This document shows, in pieces, positions 15,589 through 24,767 of a DNA stretch of 25,944 nucleotides (positions are counted from its first letter, which is position 1; each line of letters opens with the position of its first letter). A program made the translations under genes and the position numbers. Location: the IMG/VR virus record IMGVR_UViG_3300036987_000534, positions 1 to 25,944 of that record. The stretch is one strand, 5' to 3'. This DNA comes from a virus (taxonomy: Duplodnaviria; Caudoviricetes). The notes under the pieces are model-generated. The model saw only the letters and a program-made list of their open reading frames with translations, made no database searches and was not told the DNA's origin.

Positions 15589-18174
15589 ATGGGGTTCTTG
15601 CGAAAGCGCGGTCCAAAGGCGGCCGAGATCACGCAATATACGGGCTTGCAGATCCAGACATCGAGCGATGCAGTTCCGATCGCGATCGTCTATGGCAATA
15701 ACAAGATCGCACCGAACTTGCTCTGGTATGGTGATTTCCTTGCGACTCCGGAATATGCGAAAAGCGGTGGCGGAGGCAAAGGCGGCGGCCGGCAAACAGT
15801 GTCTGGATATCATTATTATTCAGGGATGATCTTGGGTCTGTGTGAAGGACCGATCGTATCTGTCAGTTCAGTCACAAAGGATCAGGGGCAATACAGTGCG
15901 GCAGCTTTGAACCTATCACTCGTGCAGGGTTATGGATCGGCTCCGGCACTCGCTTACCAGCAGGACGTGTCCTACAAAGGTGTCGCCTATGTGGTCTCCG
16001 CCTCCTACGATCTTGGGTCGAGCGCCACGATAGGGTCGCTGCAGTTTGAGCTATCCGGCTTATTGCAGGGGACTGCGGCGGTCAATGCACGCGACGCAGA
16101 TCCGGCCTATCTCATCTATGACTTCTTGACGAGCGAACAATATGGAGTCCGGTTTCCCACGGGTTCGATCGACGGCAACATGTTTGCGATCAATGGTGGT
16201 GTCAGCTCATATCAGACTTATTGCTGGGCGGCCAGGATCGCCATGTCCCCGGTGCTGGCGAACCGGGAATCCGCGAACTCCATCCTTGCGCGGTGGCTCC
16301 ACCTCACGAATAGTGCAGCGGTATGGTCCGAAGGCAGGCTGAAGTTCATTCCATATGCCGACGCGGTCATTTATGGTTACCTCTACGACCAGACGCCGAT
16401 CACATTTACCCCGAATGTCACACCGATTTACGACCTCACGGATGAGGATTTCGTATTCGACAACTCGGATGATGATCCGGTGCTTATCGAGCGCAATGAT
16501 CCTTATAGCACTTTCAACGTGCAAGAGATTGAGCTAAGCGATCGAGCGAAAAACTATAATTCCGCGACAATTACAGTTTGGGATCAAAATGCAATCGAGC
16601 TCTATGGTCGCCGTGAAGCGTCAACTGTGACGGCCCACGAGATTTGCGAAAGATCTGTTGGTCAAACCGTTGCACAGCTGATCCTTCAGAGAAATCTATA
16701 CATTCGTAATACATATAGGTTTAAAGTTTCATTCGAGTACTACCTACTCGAGCCAATGGATATTGTAACTTTGACAGACGTCAGGCTCGGACTCGAGAAG
16801 GCAGCCGTGAGGATTGTTTCGATCGAGGAGGACGACGCAGGGGTATTGGACGTAACGGCCGAAGAGCTTCCCGGGAGCACGGGGACGGCCGCCGCCTATA
16901 AGGTTCAGGCGAACGACGCCAAGATCATAGATCGAAATATCGATCCCTCGGCGGTGAATCCGCCCGTGATATATGAGCCTCCTTCGGGCGTGACAGACGG
17001 CGAGCGTCAGGTTTGGATGGCGATATCGGCCGGTCGCGCTTCGGTTCGACGGCTCGAAGAGGACGGCTCGACCGGTACGCATCTCGCCTCTGCAACTCTT
17101 CCGTCGAGAGACGACTTCCCGATAGTCTCGTTTTCGATCCACGTACGGCCCGCCGAGAAATCTGCGTGCCGGCTCGGAATCTTTGACGGAACAGCTATCC
17201 AAAGTGTTTCATTCGACCTTACCGCGACAGGTGCTTCTTACGGGGCGACGAGTGGAATTGTGGGTCACTCGATATCGGCGCTCGACCGTGGGTGGTACGC
17301 GGCATTGATTTCATGCCCGATGATCGTTGCCTCAGCTTCCCCTGTGGTGTCGATCGTGCTGGAGAATCCCGTGGGGACGGTCTCTTATGGCGGAACGCCG
17401 GGAAACGGTCTTTTCGTTTGGAATCCTAAATTCGGGGTCGAAGGAGGCACGCTGTCGACTCTTTCTGTGACGATGATCGCCTCCGGTGGGACGTTCGACC
17501 CTGATGCGCTGGATCCGCCGATCGGATCGGATGGAACTGCAGATCCTTATTGGGGTGGCTGTATCATCCATGTCTCGACCGATGATGCGACCTATAGGCG
17601 GATTGGTCAGATCAATGGCCCGGCAAGGCACGGAAAAATCACGTACGATGCAGGTTCCGTTCTCGGAGTCGACCTCGCCGAGAGTGGTGGTACTCTCGAA
17701 TCGGTTTCGACCGATGATGGACGGAACGGTATCACCCTCTCCCTGGTTGGCGATGAACTCATCGCCTATGGGGGTGCGATGCTGACAACCGCGAGCGCCT
17801 ATGACCTGTCGAATCTGGTTCGTGGACTCTATGGTACGGCGAACGTGACACATTCTCCCGATGAACGCTTCGCCCGGCTCGATGAAGCAATTTTCAAATA
17901 TGACGTGCCGACAGTATTCGTCGGACAGACCTTGTATCTAAAATTTCAAAGTTTCAACATCTTTGGGCAGGGTCTTCAAGACCTCTCCACCTGTGCGACA
18001 TATACTTATACTCCAACAGGTGCCGGGGATGCCATTGGTCCAATGTTAGAGCAGCTAGCGCTCGGAGCGGATATCGATCTCGGGCTTATCAGCACTCTTG
18101 TTACAGTCGAAGAGGATTTGAGTGTGCTCGCTGCGGCCCCAGCCACCACGACGGATCTAGGAGGACTTGCATGA
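15589..18174 (+). CDS. Central tail/host-specificity protein (Phage-tail_3, megatron-like without TIM barrel)
   Basis: PIAIVYG, GGGGKGGG, LGLCEGPI, DADPA, LLEPMDIVTL, LVRGLYGT and YLKFQSFNIFG motifs; follows NlpC/P60. Confidence 0.82.
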   Translation: MGFLRKRGPKAAEITQYTGLQIQTSSDAVPIAIVYGNNKIAPNLLWYGDFLATPEYAKSGGGGKGGGRQTVSGYHYYSGMILGLCEGPIVSVSSVTKDQGQYSAAALNLSLVQGYGSAPALAYQQDVSYKGVAYVVSASYDLGSSATIGSLQFELSGLLQGTAAVNARDADPAYLIYDFLTSEQYGVRFPTGSIDGNMFAINGGVSSYQTYCWAARIAMSPVLANRESANSILARWLHLTNSAAVWSEGRLKFIPYADAVIYGYLYDQTPITFTPNVTPIYDLTDEDFVFDNSDDDPVLIERNDPYSTFNVQEIELSDRAKNYNSATITVWDQNAIELYGRREASTVTAHEICERSVGQTVAQLILQRNLYIRNTYRFKVSFEYYLLEPMDIVTLTDVRLGLEKAAVRIVSIEEDDAGVLDVTAEELPGSTGTAAAYKVQANDAKIIDRNIDPSAVNPPVIYEPPSGVTDGERQVWMAISAGRASVRRLEEDGSTGTHLASATLPSRDDFPIVSFSIHVRPAEKSACRLGIFDGTAIQSVSFDLTATGASYGATSGIVGHSISALDRGWYAALISCPMIVASASPVVSIVLENPVGTVSYGGTPGNGLFVWNPKFGVEGGTLSTLSVTMIASGGTFDPDALDPPIGSDGTADPYWGGCIIHVSTDDATYRRIGQINGPARHGKITYDAGSVLGVDLAESGGTLESVSTDDGRNGITLSLVGDELIAYGGAMLTTASAYDLSNLVRGLYGTANVTHSPDERFARLDEAIFKYDVPTVFVGQTLYLKFQSFNIFGQGLQDLSTCATYTYTPTGAGDAIGPMLEQLALGADIDLGLISTLVTVEEDLSVLAAAPATTTDLGGLA

Positions 18175-19394
18175 GCGGACGGCTTCTCAGGAGGCGTGGA
18201 ACATCGACCGAACACGCGAACTTTACGGGAGCTGTCGGTGAGTTCACTTATGATACGACAAACAAGCGCATCATTGCCCATGACGGCACCACAGCGGGCG
18301 GAGTTCCTGCTGCAAAGCTATCCGAGGTTGTGACAGCAATACGTACCGAAGTTGCCGACTCTTCATATGCGATCAAGACGTCGGATCGAATCGTGGGCTA
18401 TTCATCGCTCACGGACGCGAGGGAGGTCGCACTGCCCGCCGCGAGCCTGTATCCGGTCGGAGTTCCGCTGTGGATTATCGACGAAAGTGGTTCGTGCTCC
18501 CGAACAAATACGATCACGGCGCGCCGCGCAGGCATTGACACAATCGATGGCGCGACCAACGCGGTTCTGGATGGTCCCTATGGGACGATGGGCCTCGCTT
18601 CCAACGGATCGACCAAGTGGACGGTCATAGGGGGCGAACCGAACCTCTCGCCCGCCATGATCGGAATTAATACTGCGCCAGATTCGATCAATAAGCTAGC
18701 CTGTAGGACCAGTGCAGCTTTGTTCGATAATATCGGCAGTAGTATACAGATCAAAATCAACAAGAATGCTTCCGGAGATATCGCGTCGTTCCTTTTCCAG
18801 ACTGGTTACTCAGGCCGCGCTGAGATCGGCCTATGCGGTGACAATGATCTCCATCTCAAAAGCTCTCCGGATGGATCGTCATTCTACGATGTGATGGTAC
18901 TTTCATCCTCGTCAGGACTCATCACATTGCCGTTCGGCCAAGTCAAGTTCCCGGCCGCTCAGAACGCATCATTGGACCCGAATACACTCGACGATTACGA
19001 AGAGGGGACGTGGATCCCGACGCTGCAATTTGGAGGGGGATCCACTGGGATGGCTTATGCAACGCAGGCTGGACGCTACACGAAAATCGGCAATCGAGTT
19101 TTTTTGACTGCCCAAATCACATTATCGGCGAAAGGGTCATCGACAGGGAATGCGACGATTACGGGATTGCCGTTCAACCAGATCTCGTCGGCGCCATCTA
19201 TGAATGGTAGTATTATCCTTACGCATTACTTCAGTCTTGCCTCGATCACAGGGTATTTGACAGGCTTCATCGGCACGGGCGGAAATATCGCGACCTTGCG
19301 GTTAGGCGGCGTAACCGGCACGTCTAATTTGTTCGATGCAAATTTTACCAACACATCGCAGTTGCAGCTCGAGATGATCATGACCACGGCATAG
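18171..19394 (+). CDS. Tail fibre: Mtd_N-like anchor + DUF2793-associated segment + DDYEEGTW C-terminal domain
   Basis: RRRGTSTEHANFTGAVGEFTYDT..HDGTTAGG; IGINTAPDSINKLA..FQTGYSGRAEIGLCGDND; NTLDDYEEGTWIP..YTKIGNRV; GGAGG RBS, ATGA overlap. Confidence 0.8.
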   Translation: MSGRLLRRRGTSTEHANFTGAVGEFTYDTTNKRIIAHDGTTAGGVPAAKLSEVVTAIRTEVADSSYAIKTSDRIVGYSSLTDAREVALPAASLYPVGVPLWIIDESGSCSRTNTITARRAGIDTIDGATNAVLDGPYGTMGLASNGSTKWTVIGGEPNLSPAMIGINTAPDSINKLACRTSAALFDNIGSSIQIKINKNASGDIASFLFQTGYSGRAEIGLCGDNDLHLKSSPDGSSFYDVMVLSSSSGLITLPFGQVKFPAAQNASLDPNTLDDYEEGTWIPTLQFGGGSTGMAYATQAGRYTKIGNRVFLTAQITLSAKGSSTGNATITGLPFNQISSAPSMNGSIILTHYFSLASITGYLTGFIGTGGNIATLRLGGVTGTSNLFDANFTNTSQLQLEMIMTTA

Positions 19395-19622
19395 CGTGGG
19401 ATGCCCGAAAAAATACGATAGACGCCGTCGACATCATAGGTCGATCATGTCAATCGTGGAACTCGATTGCTAATGCGTGCTCCTTAGTCATAGGTATGAA
19501 TTGTAGCAACACAACATAGGTTGATTCCATCAAATGCACCTACAAGGCTTGTGGAAGTTGTCGTTCGCTACGACAGCGGATGGGGGCGGTCGCCCAGGGG
19601 TCTTATTCGGGGAAATGGCACT

Positions 19623-20195
19623 ATGGCCATCATTGTTGCTCAACCGCACATATGGACATTATTTGGAAATGGTCCATTGCGGATCTTTCCGAAATCATGG
19701 CGGCTCGGGCTGATCATTTCCCCGGTTCCTCCAGATCCGGCGGACCCACCCGATGAGATACTCCTCCCGAACCAGGGGCAGGACTACAACGTCAATCTTC
19801 CGATTTTTGCAATGCCGCTGGATGGAGTGATGACGGCGGTCGGGGTCTACCAGATCGCGCCTCCGCCAGGCACAACTAGCACTGGGGATGCGAACGTCGC
19901 AAACTTCCTTGCGCCGGTTAATCTAATTCCACCGAGCATTGTCGGAAGCCTGACCACTGGGGACGTGCTGTCGGTCAATCTCGGAATCTGGACGAATTCA
20001 CCGACAAGCTACTGCTACCAACTCTTGCGCGATGGAAGAGTGCTGCAAGGGGCAGGCGGGATCGTTGCAGCTCCTTCTGTGACTTATACGGTCAATGCGG
20101 TTGATCGTGGGACGGCCTTGACCGTGAGTTCCGCGGCATGGAATGATTTTGGGGTTGGTGGGCCGACGTTAAGCGCGGGATTTTCGATTTACTAG
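19623..20195 (+). CDS. Hypothetical protein with C-terminal Ig-like domain
   Basis: APVNLIPPSIVGSLTTGDVLSVNLGIWTNSPTSYCYQLLRDG...VDRGTALTV resembles phage Ig-like decoration domains. Start uncertain (ATG 19623 vs TTG 19521). Confidence 0.6.
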   Translation: MAIIVAQPHIWTLFGNGPLRIFPKSWRLGLIISPVPPDPADPPDEILLPNQGQDYNVNLPIFAMPLDGVMTAVGVYQIAPPPGTTSTGDANVANFLAPVNLIPPSIVGSLTTGDVLSVNLGIWTNSPTSYCYQLLRDGRVLQGAGGIVAAPSVTYTVNAVDRGTALTVSSAAWNDFGVGGPTLSAGFSIY

Positions 20196-20214
20196 CAATC
20201 CAGAGTGGGGATAC

Positions 20215-21147
20215 ATGTCCATGCGCCGCGTCTCAATATATCTCGCGTCAATAATTGGTGGCGTTGCAGCGAGCAATCTGTCGAACGCACAGCAGGCAGT
20301 TGTTTTGAAGGCGATAGGTGTCAACGATTGTGCGATCGGTCTCCCCACGCCGGGTTTGACCGGAAGCTCTATTGCCATTGCGACGGATATCAACGGTCAC
20401 CTATGTCTGTCCGATAGATCCCAATCGACCTCGGAGTTTGCCGCTGACTATCCATCGTTCGGCACTGCGATCGGTGTCAAGGACGTTACCGGCACATTTA
20501 TGACCTATCTTAGGGCCGACGCATCGAACAACCTGTATACGACCCTTGCGGGAGTGTTACCTGCTTTCGCTAGCCCGCCTGCGGTTTCACAGTCCGGGGC
20601 GTGGAATGTCGGGCTGATCGGAACGCTTCCTGCATTTGCAATACCTCCCGCTGTAACACAATCCGGGATCTGGCGGGTTGGCTCGGAGGGGGTCGTCTAT
20701 GTTGGACCTCTAGGCTCCGCTGGTACATACTCTGGAACATCGACAGTGGTGAAGGCTATCGGCGGGCTGCAGACACTTGCTGTGTTCAGCTCCGATGGCG
20801 GCGGCGGGATTCTCTCGCACATAGGAGCGATGTTCGACGCCGGCCAGACTACGTCAGTGACTGTTTTTCTATTCAGAGCGAACCCGACTTCGTCGATATG
20901 TACCGACAATGCGACATTCGTTCTCGATTCAGCCGACCGAAGTAAATTGATCTTGCAGCCGATTACGATATCACCACAGGACATCGTCGGTATTACCGAA
21001 TCCTATGATGGTGTTTCCCTCGGGATTTCAGTCAAGAATGCTGATGGAACACCGACTCAGAACCTGTATGTGTGTGCCGTTACAAGCTCGTCATTGGCGT
21101 TATCCGGAGCGGGTCTTCGCTTGGCAATCGGTGTTGATCAGAATTGA
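20215..21147 (+). CDS. Hypothetical signal-peptide-bearing beta-rich protein
   Basis: 310-aa ORF; basic + hydrophobic N-terminus (MSMRRVSIYLASIIGGVAA..NA/QQ); internal 23-aa tandem repeat. Confidence 0.7.
   Translation: MSMRRVSIYLASIIGGVAASNLSNAQQAVVLKAIGVNDCAIGLPTPGLTGSSIAIATDINGHLCLSDRSQSTSEFAADYPSFGTAIGVKDVTGTFMTYLRADASNNLYTTLAGVLPAFASPPAVSQSGAWNVGLIGTLPAFAIPPAVTQSGIWRVGSEGVVYVGPLGSAGTYSGTSTVVKAIGGLQTLAVFSSDGGGGILSHIGAMFDAGQTTSVTVFLFRANPTSSICTDNATFVLDSADRSKLILQPITISPQDIVGITESYDGVSLGISVKNADGTPTQNLYVCAVTSSSLALSGAGLRLAIGVDQN
20545..20682 (+). repeat. 2 x 23-aa intragenic tandem repeat
   Basis: LAGVLPAFASPPAVSQSGAWNVG (20545-20613) / LIGTLPAFAIPPAVTQSGIWRVG (20614-20682). Confidence 0.85.
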
Positions 21148-24011
21148 CGAGGCGTGTCATGTTACGGAGTATATTCGCTGGTGTCGCCCTTTTCGGCTTG
21201 CTCGGGGCGGCCGCGGACGCCGGCACGCCTGTGCGCCGCGCAATTCTATTCCAGTCGCGCTACGGGGGATCACCAGATTTCTACGTTGATAGAAACGGGA
21301 ACGATGCGAATTCTTGTCGTTTGAGCTCGGCGCCCTGTGCTACAATCGCCGGAGCGCAATCGAAGCTTCGAGCCGTGCTCCGTGGCGCAGGTCAAATGCG
21401 TCCGTGGGTAGTGCAGATCCAAGGGGGTACGTATGCGCTTCAGAATCCTCTAGTGTTTTCTGCGGTGGATTCGGGCGGCTCCGCGAACAATAGGGTAACC
21501 TGGCAGGCCGCGCCGGGGGCAACCGTGGTGATCTCCGGCGGGCGTCAGCTCGGGTCGATGACGGACAACGCCGGAATTTGGGAGATTGTCGTCCCTGAAC
21601 TGCAGAGCGGCCAATGGAATCCGCGGAACTTATGGGTCAATGACGAGCGCCGGTTACATCCGCGGTCTGCAAATTTTGCATCGTACCTGCTTCCGGCCGC
21701 ATATGGGACAACTGGTTCGGCGCCGACGAACCATATCAACCAGATTACGTACTCTGGAACCGATGTCGATTCGTCAATGGCGAATTATGTCGACGCGGCC
21801 TTGTGGTTGCCGTTGTCTTGGACCGCGGAATATCTGCCTATTGCAGGCATCGATAGCGCAGCAAAAGTAGTCACGACAACAGCTTGGACTGGCGGTGCGT
21901 CAAATGTGAATTCGACCAGCGCGCGGTATTTTGTCGATAATGTTTTTGAGAAGCTGGCGACTCAGGCCAATACATTCTACGTGAATCGGACACCAATTGG
22001 GACCACGAACTTCGATGGCAGGTTGCAGTATAAGCCGGGGCCTGACGAGATCGTCAACACGATGCGGATGGTGATCCCGGTTCTCGATCAGCTTCTGTTT
22101 CTGTCGAACACGGATGACGGGACTGCAACGGTGAGGAATATTACATTCAAGGGGATGACGTTCGCGCATACCGATCGTCGCCCGGCGGAGTACGGTGCCT
22201 ATCTTGGAGACGGGTCTGGTATTACCAATCCTGCTGCAATCAATGTGGCGGGTGCAAGCAACATCATTTTCGATGGCGTGACCGTCCGCAACACGGGAGG
22301 CGCCGGAATCCAGCTCGGAGCTGGGTGCGAGTCCTGCCAGGTCGTCAACTCGACCTTCGGTGATCTCGGCGGGCCGGGCATCATGGTGACGACTTGGGTC
22401 GCGGGATCGAACAATACGGCGGTACCATATTTTGCTCACAACTTGATTCCGAATTCGAAATTTGCCGGTGGTGGTGTCGGGAGCACGGGCCCGCATTGGA
22501 TCTATTCTCCAGTAGCGAGCGGGCTTGCGGTCTCGATCGTCGGGACTGGGCACGAGAATGGTATCCCCTATATCGACATTCGGGTCTTGGGCACGAATTC
22601 GAGCAGCACGATTCAGGACCGGGTCATTCGCTCCACCTCCATGCCGATTGCAACGGGAGACATGGTCGACTTTGGGGGCTACATACGGCTTGTCAGCGGA
22701 GGCACGAATATGACGGGGATCAACTTCGTGACCATGGGTGCGACGCTCCGTGATGTCGGCGACGCTTTCTTGAGCAATACGATCTCCGACAACCTGATGC
22801 AAAAGTCCTCAGCGACGATTGCTTCGTCGAACTTGGTGAATCGGCCTGTTTCAGCTTTCGGATACGTGATCAACAATGCCAGTGCGGCACGGATTTCACA
22901 ATATATGAAGATTCAGGTGGCTGCGAGCGCGACAGTCGATGTGACGATTCGATTCGGCGGTGTCAAGATGGTCAACCGGACCTATTGGCGTAAGGCGATC
23001 GCTTCGGTCTCTGGATCGCAATCCATCCAGAATACGGTCATTCGCAACAATCTCATTCAAGGCGTAGGGCAGATCGATGCGGGATCCGGGTGCATCGTCG
23101 TGACGCACTCGCGCATTGCGACGATTGAGAACAATGATTGTTCCGATTCGTACAGGATGGGAATTCAAGCCGGCCTCGTTGTTGGAGGTAGCAGTTATAA
23201 TGTGGGGACAGGGATCTACACCCCTGATGTGAACCCGATCGCGGATAAACTCGAAGTCCGCGCCAACTACATCCACAGCATTGGTCGTGGGGTGCTGTCG
23301 GATTTCGGCGGCGTCTATCTGGCTCACAATATGCCCGGTACTAAAATTTACGAGAATTTGATTTATAATGTTCGTGGGTATGGCTCTCCCGACGCTTGCA
23401 TTTATGCTGATGAAGACGCTTCGAATTTAGAGGTATTCCGTAATACATGTGTCAATATAGGCGGATCGCTGTTTTTCCACCATCGCGGCATCAATGCGGA
23501 AGTGTATAATAATATTGGCTATGACGTTCAAAGCGCTCCGATCGGGCCGGCCATGCAGATGCGTGGTGCAGCATATTCGTCCAAGGTGGACGACCAGGGA
23601 AACTATAAAAATGTTAATGATAACTTTTATAGGAATATTGTGCGTTACACAGAGCAACAACAGCCAGATTTGCCGAGGCTCTATGGCGATAAGAGAAATA
23701 TTCTCGATAGCGGTCCGCGCAGTTTTCACGACAATTTTTACCAGGTTCTTGGAGGTGGAGCAGATCCCGGGACCGGGACATGGGCGTTCGTGGATTATCA
23801 GGCCGGTGGGAGCTATCGCTGGGGGGATTGGGTAAATGCAGGGCAAGAGTCGGGCACGGCTTTCGGTGACCCCGGATGGACGGGATCTGCGCCGATGTAC
23901 TACCCGACGATCAAGCCGTCCGGTTGGGTAGATTGGAAGCAGAGCATGGCCGGGCTGACAGATCCTGGGCGCGTACTCGGTTTTCCGATGCCCATTTCGG
24001 TCTACCCATGA
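21144..24011 (+). CDS. Secreted right-handed beta-helix glycoside hydrolase-like protein (GH141-like) with inserted CBM-like domain
   Basis: Signal peptide ending AADA; FYVDRNGND, GGTYAL..DSGG, ISGG, NLWVNDER, DLGGPGI, SDFGGVY, IYADEDAS motifs with beta-helix repeats. Start TTG 21144 or ATG 21159. Confidence 0.75.
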   Translation: MTRRVMLRSIFAGVALFGLLGAAADAGTPVRRAILFQSRYGGSPDFYVDRNGNDANSCRLSSAPCATIAGAQSKLRAVLRGAGQMRPWVVQIQGGTYALQNPLVFSAVDSGGSANNRVTWQAAPGATVVISGGRQLGSMTDNAGIWEIVVPELQSGQWNPRNLWVNDERRLHPRSANFASYLLPAAYGTTGSAPTNHINQITYSGTDVDSSMANYVDAALWLPLSWTAEYLPIAGIDSAAKVVTTTAWTGGASNVNSTSARYFVDNVFEKLATQANTFYVNRTPIGTTNFDGRLQYKPGPDEIVNTMRMVIPVLDQLLFLSNTDDGTATVRNITFKGMTFAHTDRRPAEYGAYLGDGSGITNPAAINVAGASNIIFDGVTVRNTGGAGIQLGAGCESCQVVNSTFGDLGGPGIMVTTWVAGSNNTAVPYFAHNLIPNSKFAGGGVGSTGPHWIYSPVASGLAVSIVGTGHENGIPYIDIRVLGTNSSSTIQDRVIRSTSMPIATGDMVDFGGYIRLVSGGTNMTGINFVTMGATLRDVGDAFLSNTISDNLMQKSSATIASSNLVNRPVSAFGYVINNASAARISQYMKIQVAASATVDVTIRFGGVKMVNRTYWRKAIASVSGSQSIQNTVIRNNLIQGVGQIDAGSGCIVVTHSRIATIENNDCSDSYRMGIQAGLVVGGSSYNVGTGIYTPDVNPIADKLEVRANYIHSIGRGVLSDFGGVYLAHNMPGTKIYENLIYNVRGYGSPDACIYADEDASNLEVFRNTCVNIGGSLFFHHRGINAEVYNNIGYDVQSAPIGPAMQMRGAAYSSKVDDQGNYKNVNDNFYRNIVRYTEQQQPDLPRLYGDKRNILDSGPRSFHDNFYQVLGGGADPGTGTWAFVDYQAGGSYRWGDWVNAGQESGTAFGDPGWTGSAPMYYPTIKPSGWVDWKQSMAGLTDPGRVLGFPMPISVYP

Positions 24012-24072
24012 AATAGACCCATACGCATAGTCGCGCCGAGTCTCGATCGTTTCTGTAAATACGTGGCGGTGG

Positions 24073-24766
24073 TGGATTGCCTCGCGCTTGGGGAGGCGAT
24101 TTCGTTGGAGCGGCGCCGCGAGATTAGGCTCGTAGAGAATGGCGTAGAAACGTTCCCCGGCTTTGGCCTGTTGGATGTTCCCGATGGGCTCCAGCGGCAA
24201 GCGGTTATTGAACCAGTCCGCCCATTCCAGAGTCGCGAACTCGACCGCTTCAAAGCTCCGCCAGTGGCCACGCCGATGGATGACCTCGGCGTTGTAGAGG
24301 CCGTTGATCAGCTCGGCGAGCGATTTGTCGTAAGATCGACCGTCGATGTGGACGGAGGGTTCGCCGCCGGCTTCGACCTGGCGGTCTTTGTACTCTACTG
24401 ACACATATCGAGACGCTCTGTTTGAATTGTGAAGCAGCCTATCGCGATGCGCAGACGGACACTTGTGCTATGTCGGCTCCAGTGGGTCCAGATCGAAGGT
24501 CGCGTGCGCTGTTCGGGAGACGCGGCAGGCGATGATGCAGCGCGCGTAGGCGGCGATGACGAAGTCCACATAGACGAAGCCAGACCAAGTTCTCGCTCGG
24601 TGAAGTACGAAAGCACAGCTTGTTCGGCGCGGGCCCATGGAACCGGTGGTTCGCATGGTCCAGGGGGCAAGGCGCCGCCTTGTCGCTGATGCTCGTTTTC
24701 ATAGGCTTGTCTCGGATCGCACCCTGAAAGTTCATGTACCGCTTCATTCTTTCGTAAGCGGTGAAC
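24073..24766 (-). pseudogene. Degenerate IS3-family transposase OrfB 3' portion
   Basis: Pieces in several frames: KTSISDKAAPCPLDHANHRF; TWSGFVYVDFVIAAYARCII..SRTAHA; EAGGEPSV..SYDKSLAELINGLYNAEVIHRRGHWRSFEAVEFATLEWADWFN. Frameshifts and stops; degenerate end repeat near 24073. Confidence 0.88.
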
Positions 24767-24767
24767 T

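Larger units (their letters stand above)
129..24011 (+). mobile_element. Prophage-derived / gene-transfer-agent-like head-tail gene cluster
   Basis: About 20 co-oriented ORFs in siphovirus order (terminase-portal-protease-capsid-neck-tail tube-chaperone-TMP-baseplate-fibre), with many stop/start overlaps. No replication, integration or lysis genes in the window. Confidence 0.9.

Noticed and set aside
21900-22802. Long antisense ORFs (this one, 10546-11229, 915-1499 and others)
   Set aside because: Shadow frames of well-supported + strand genes in GC-rich DNA.
18171-24011. Diversity-generating retroelement suggested by the Mtd_N-like domain
   Set aside because: No reverse transcriptase and no template/variable repeat pair seen.
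23427-24404. 325-aa minus-strand ORF
   Set aside because: It is an IS3 remnant reading through into the antisense strand of the beta-helix gene.
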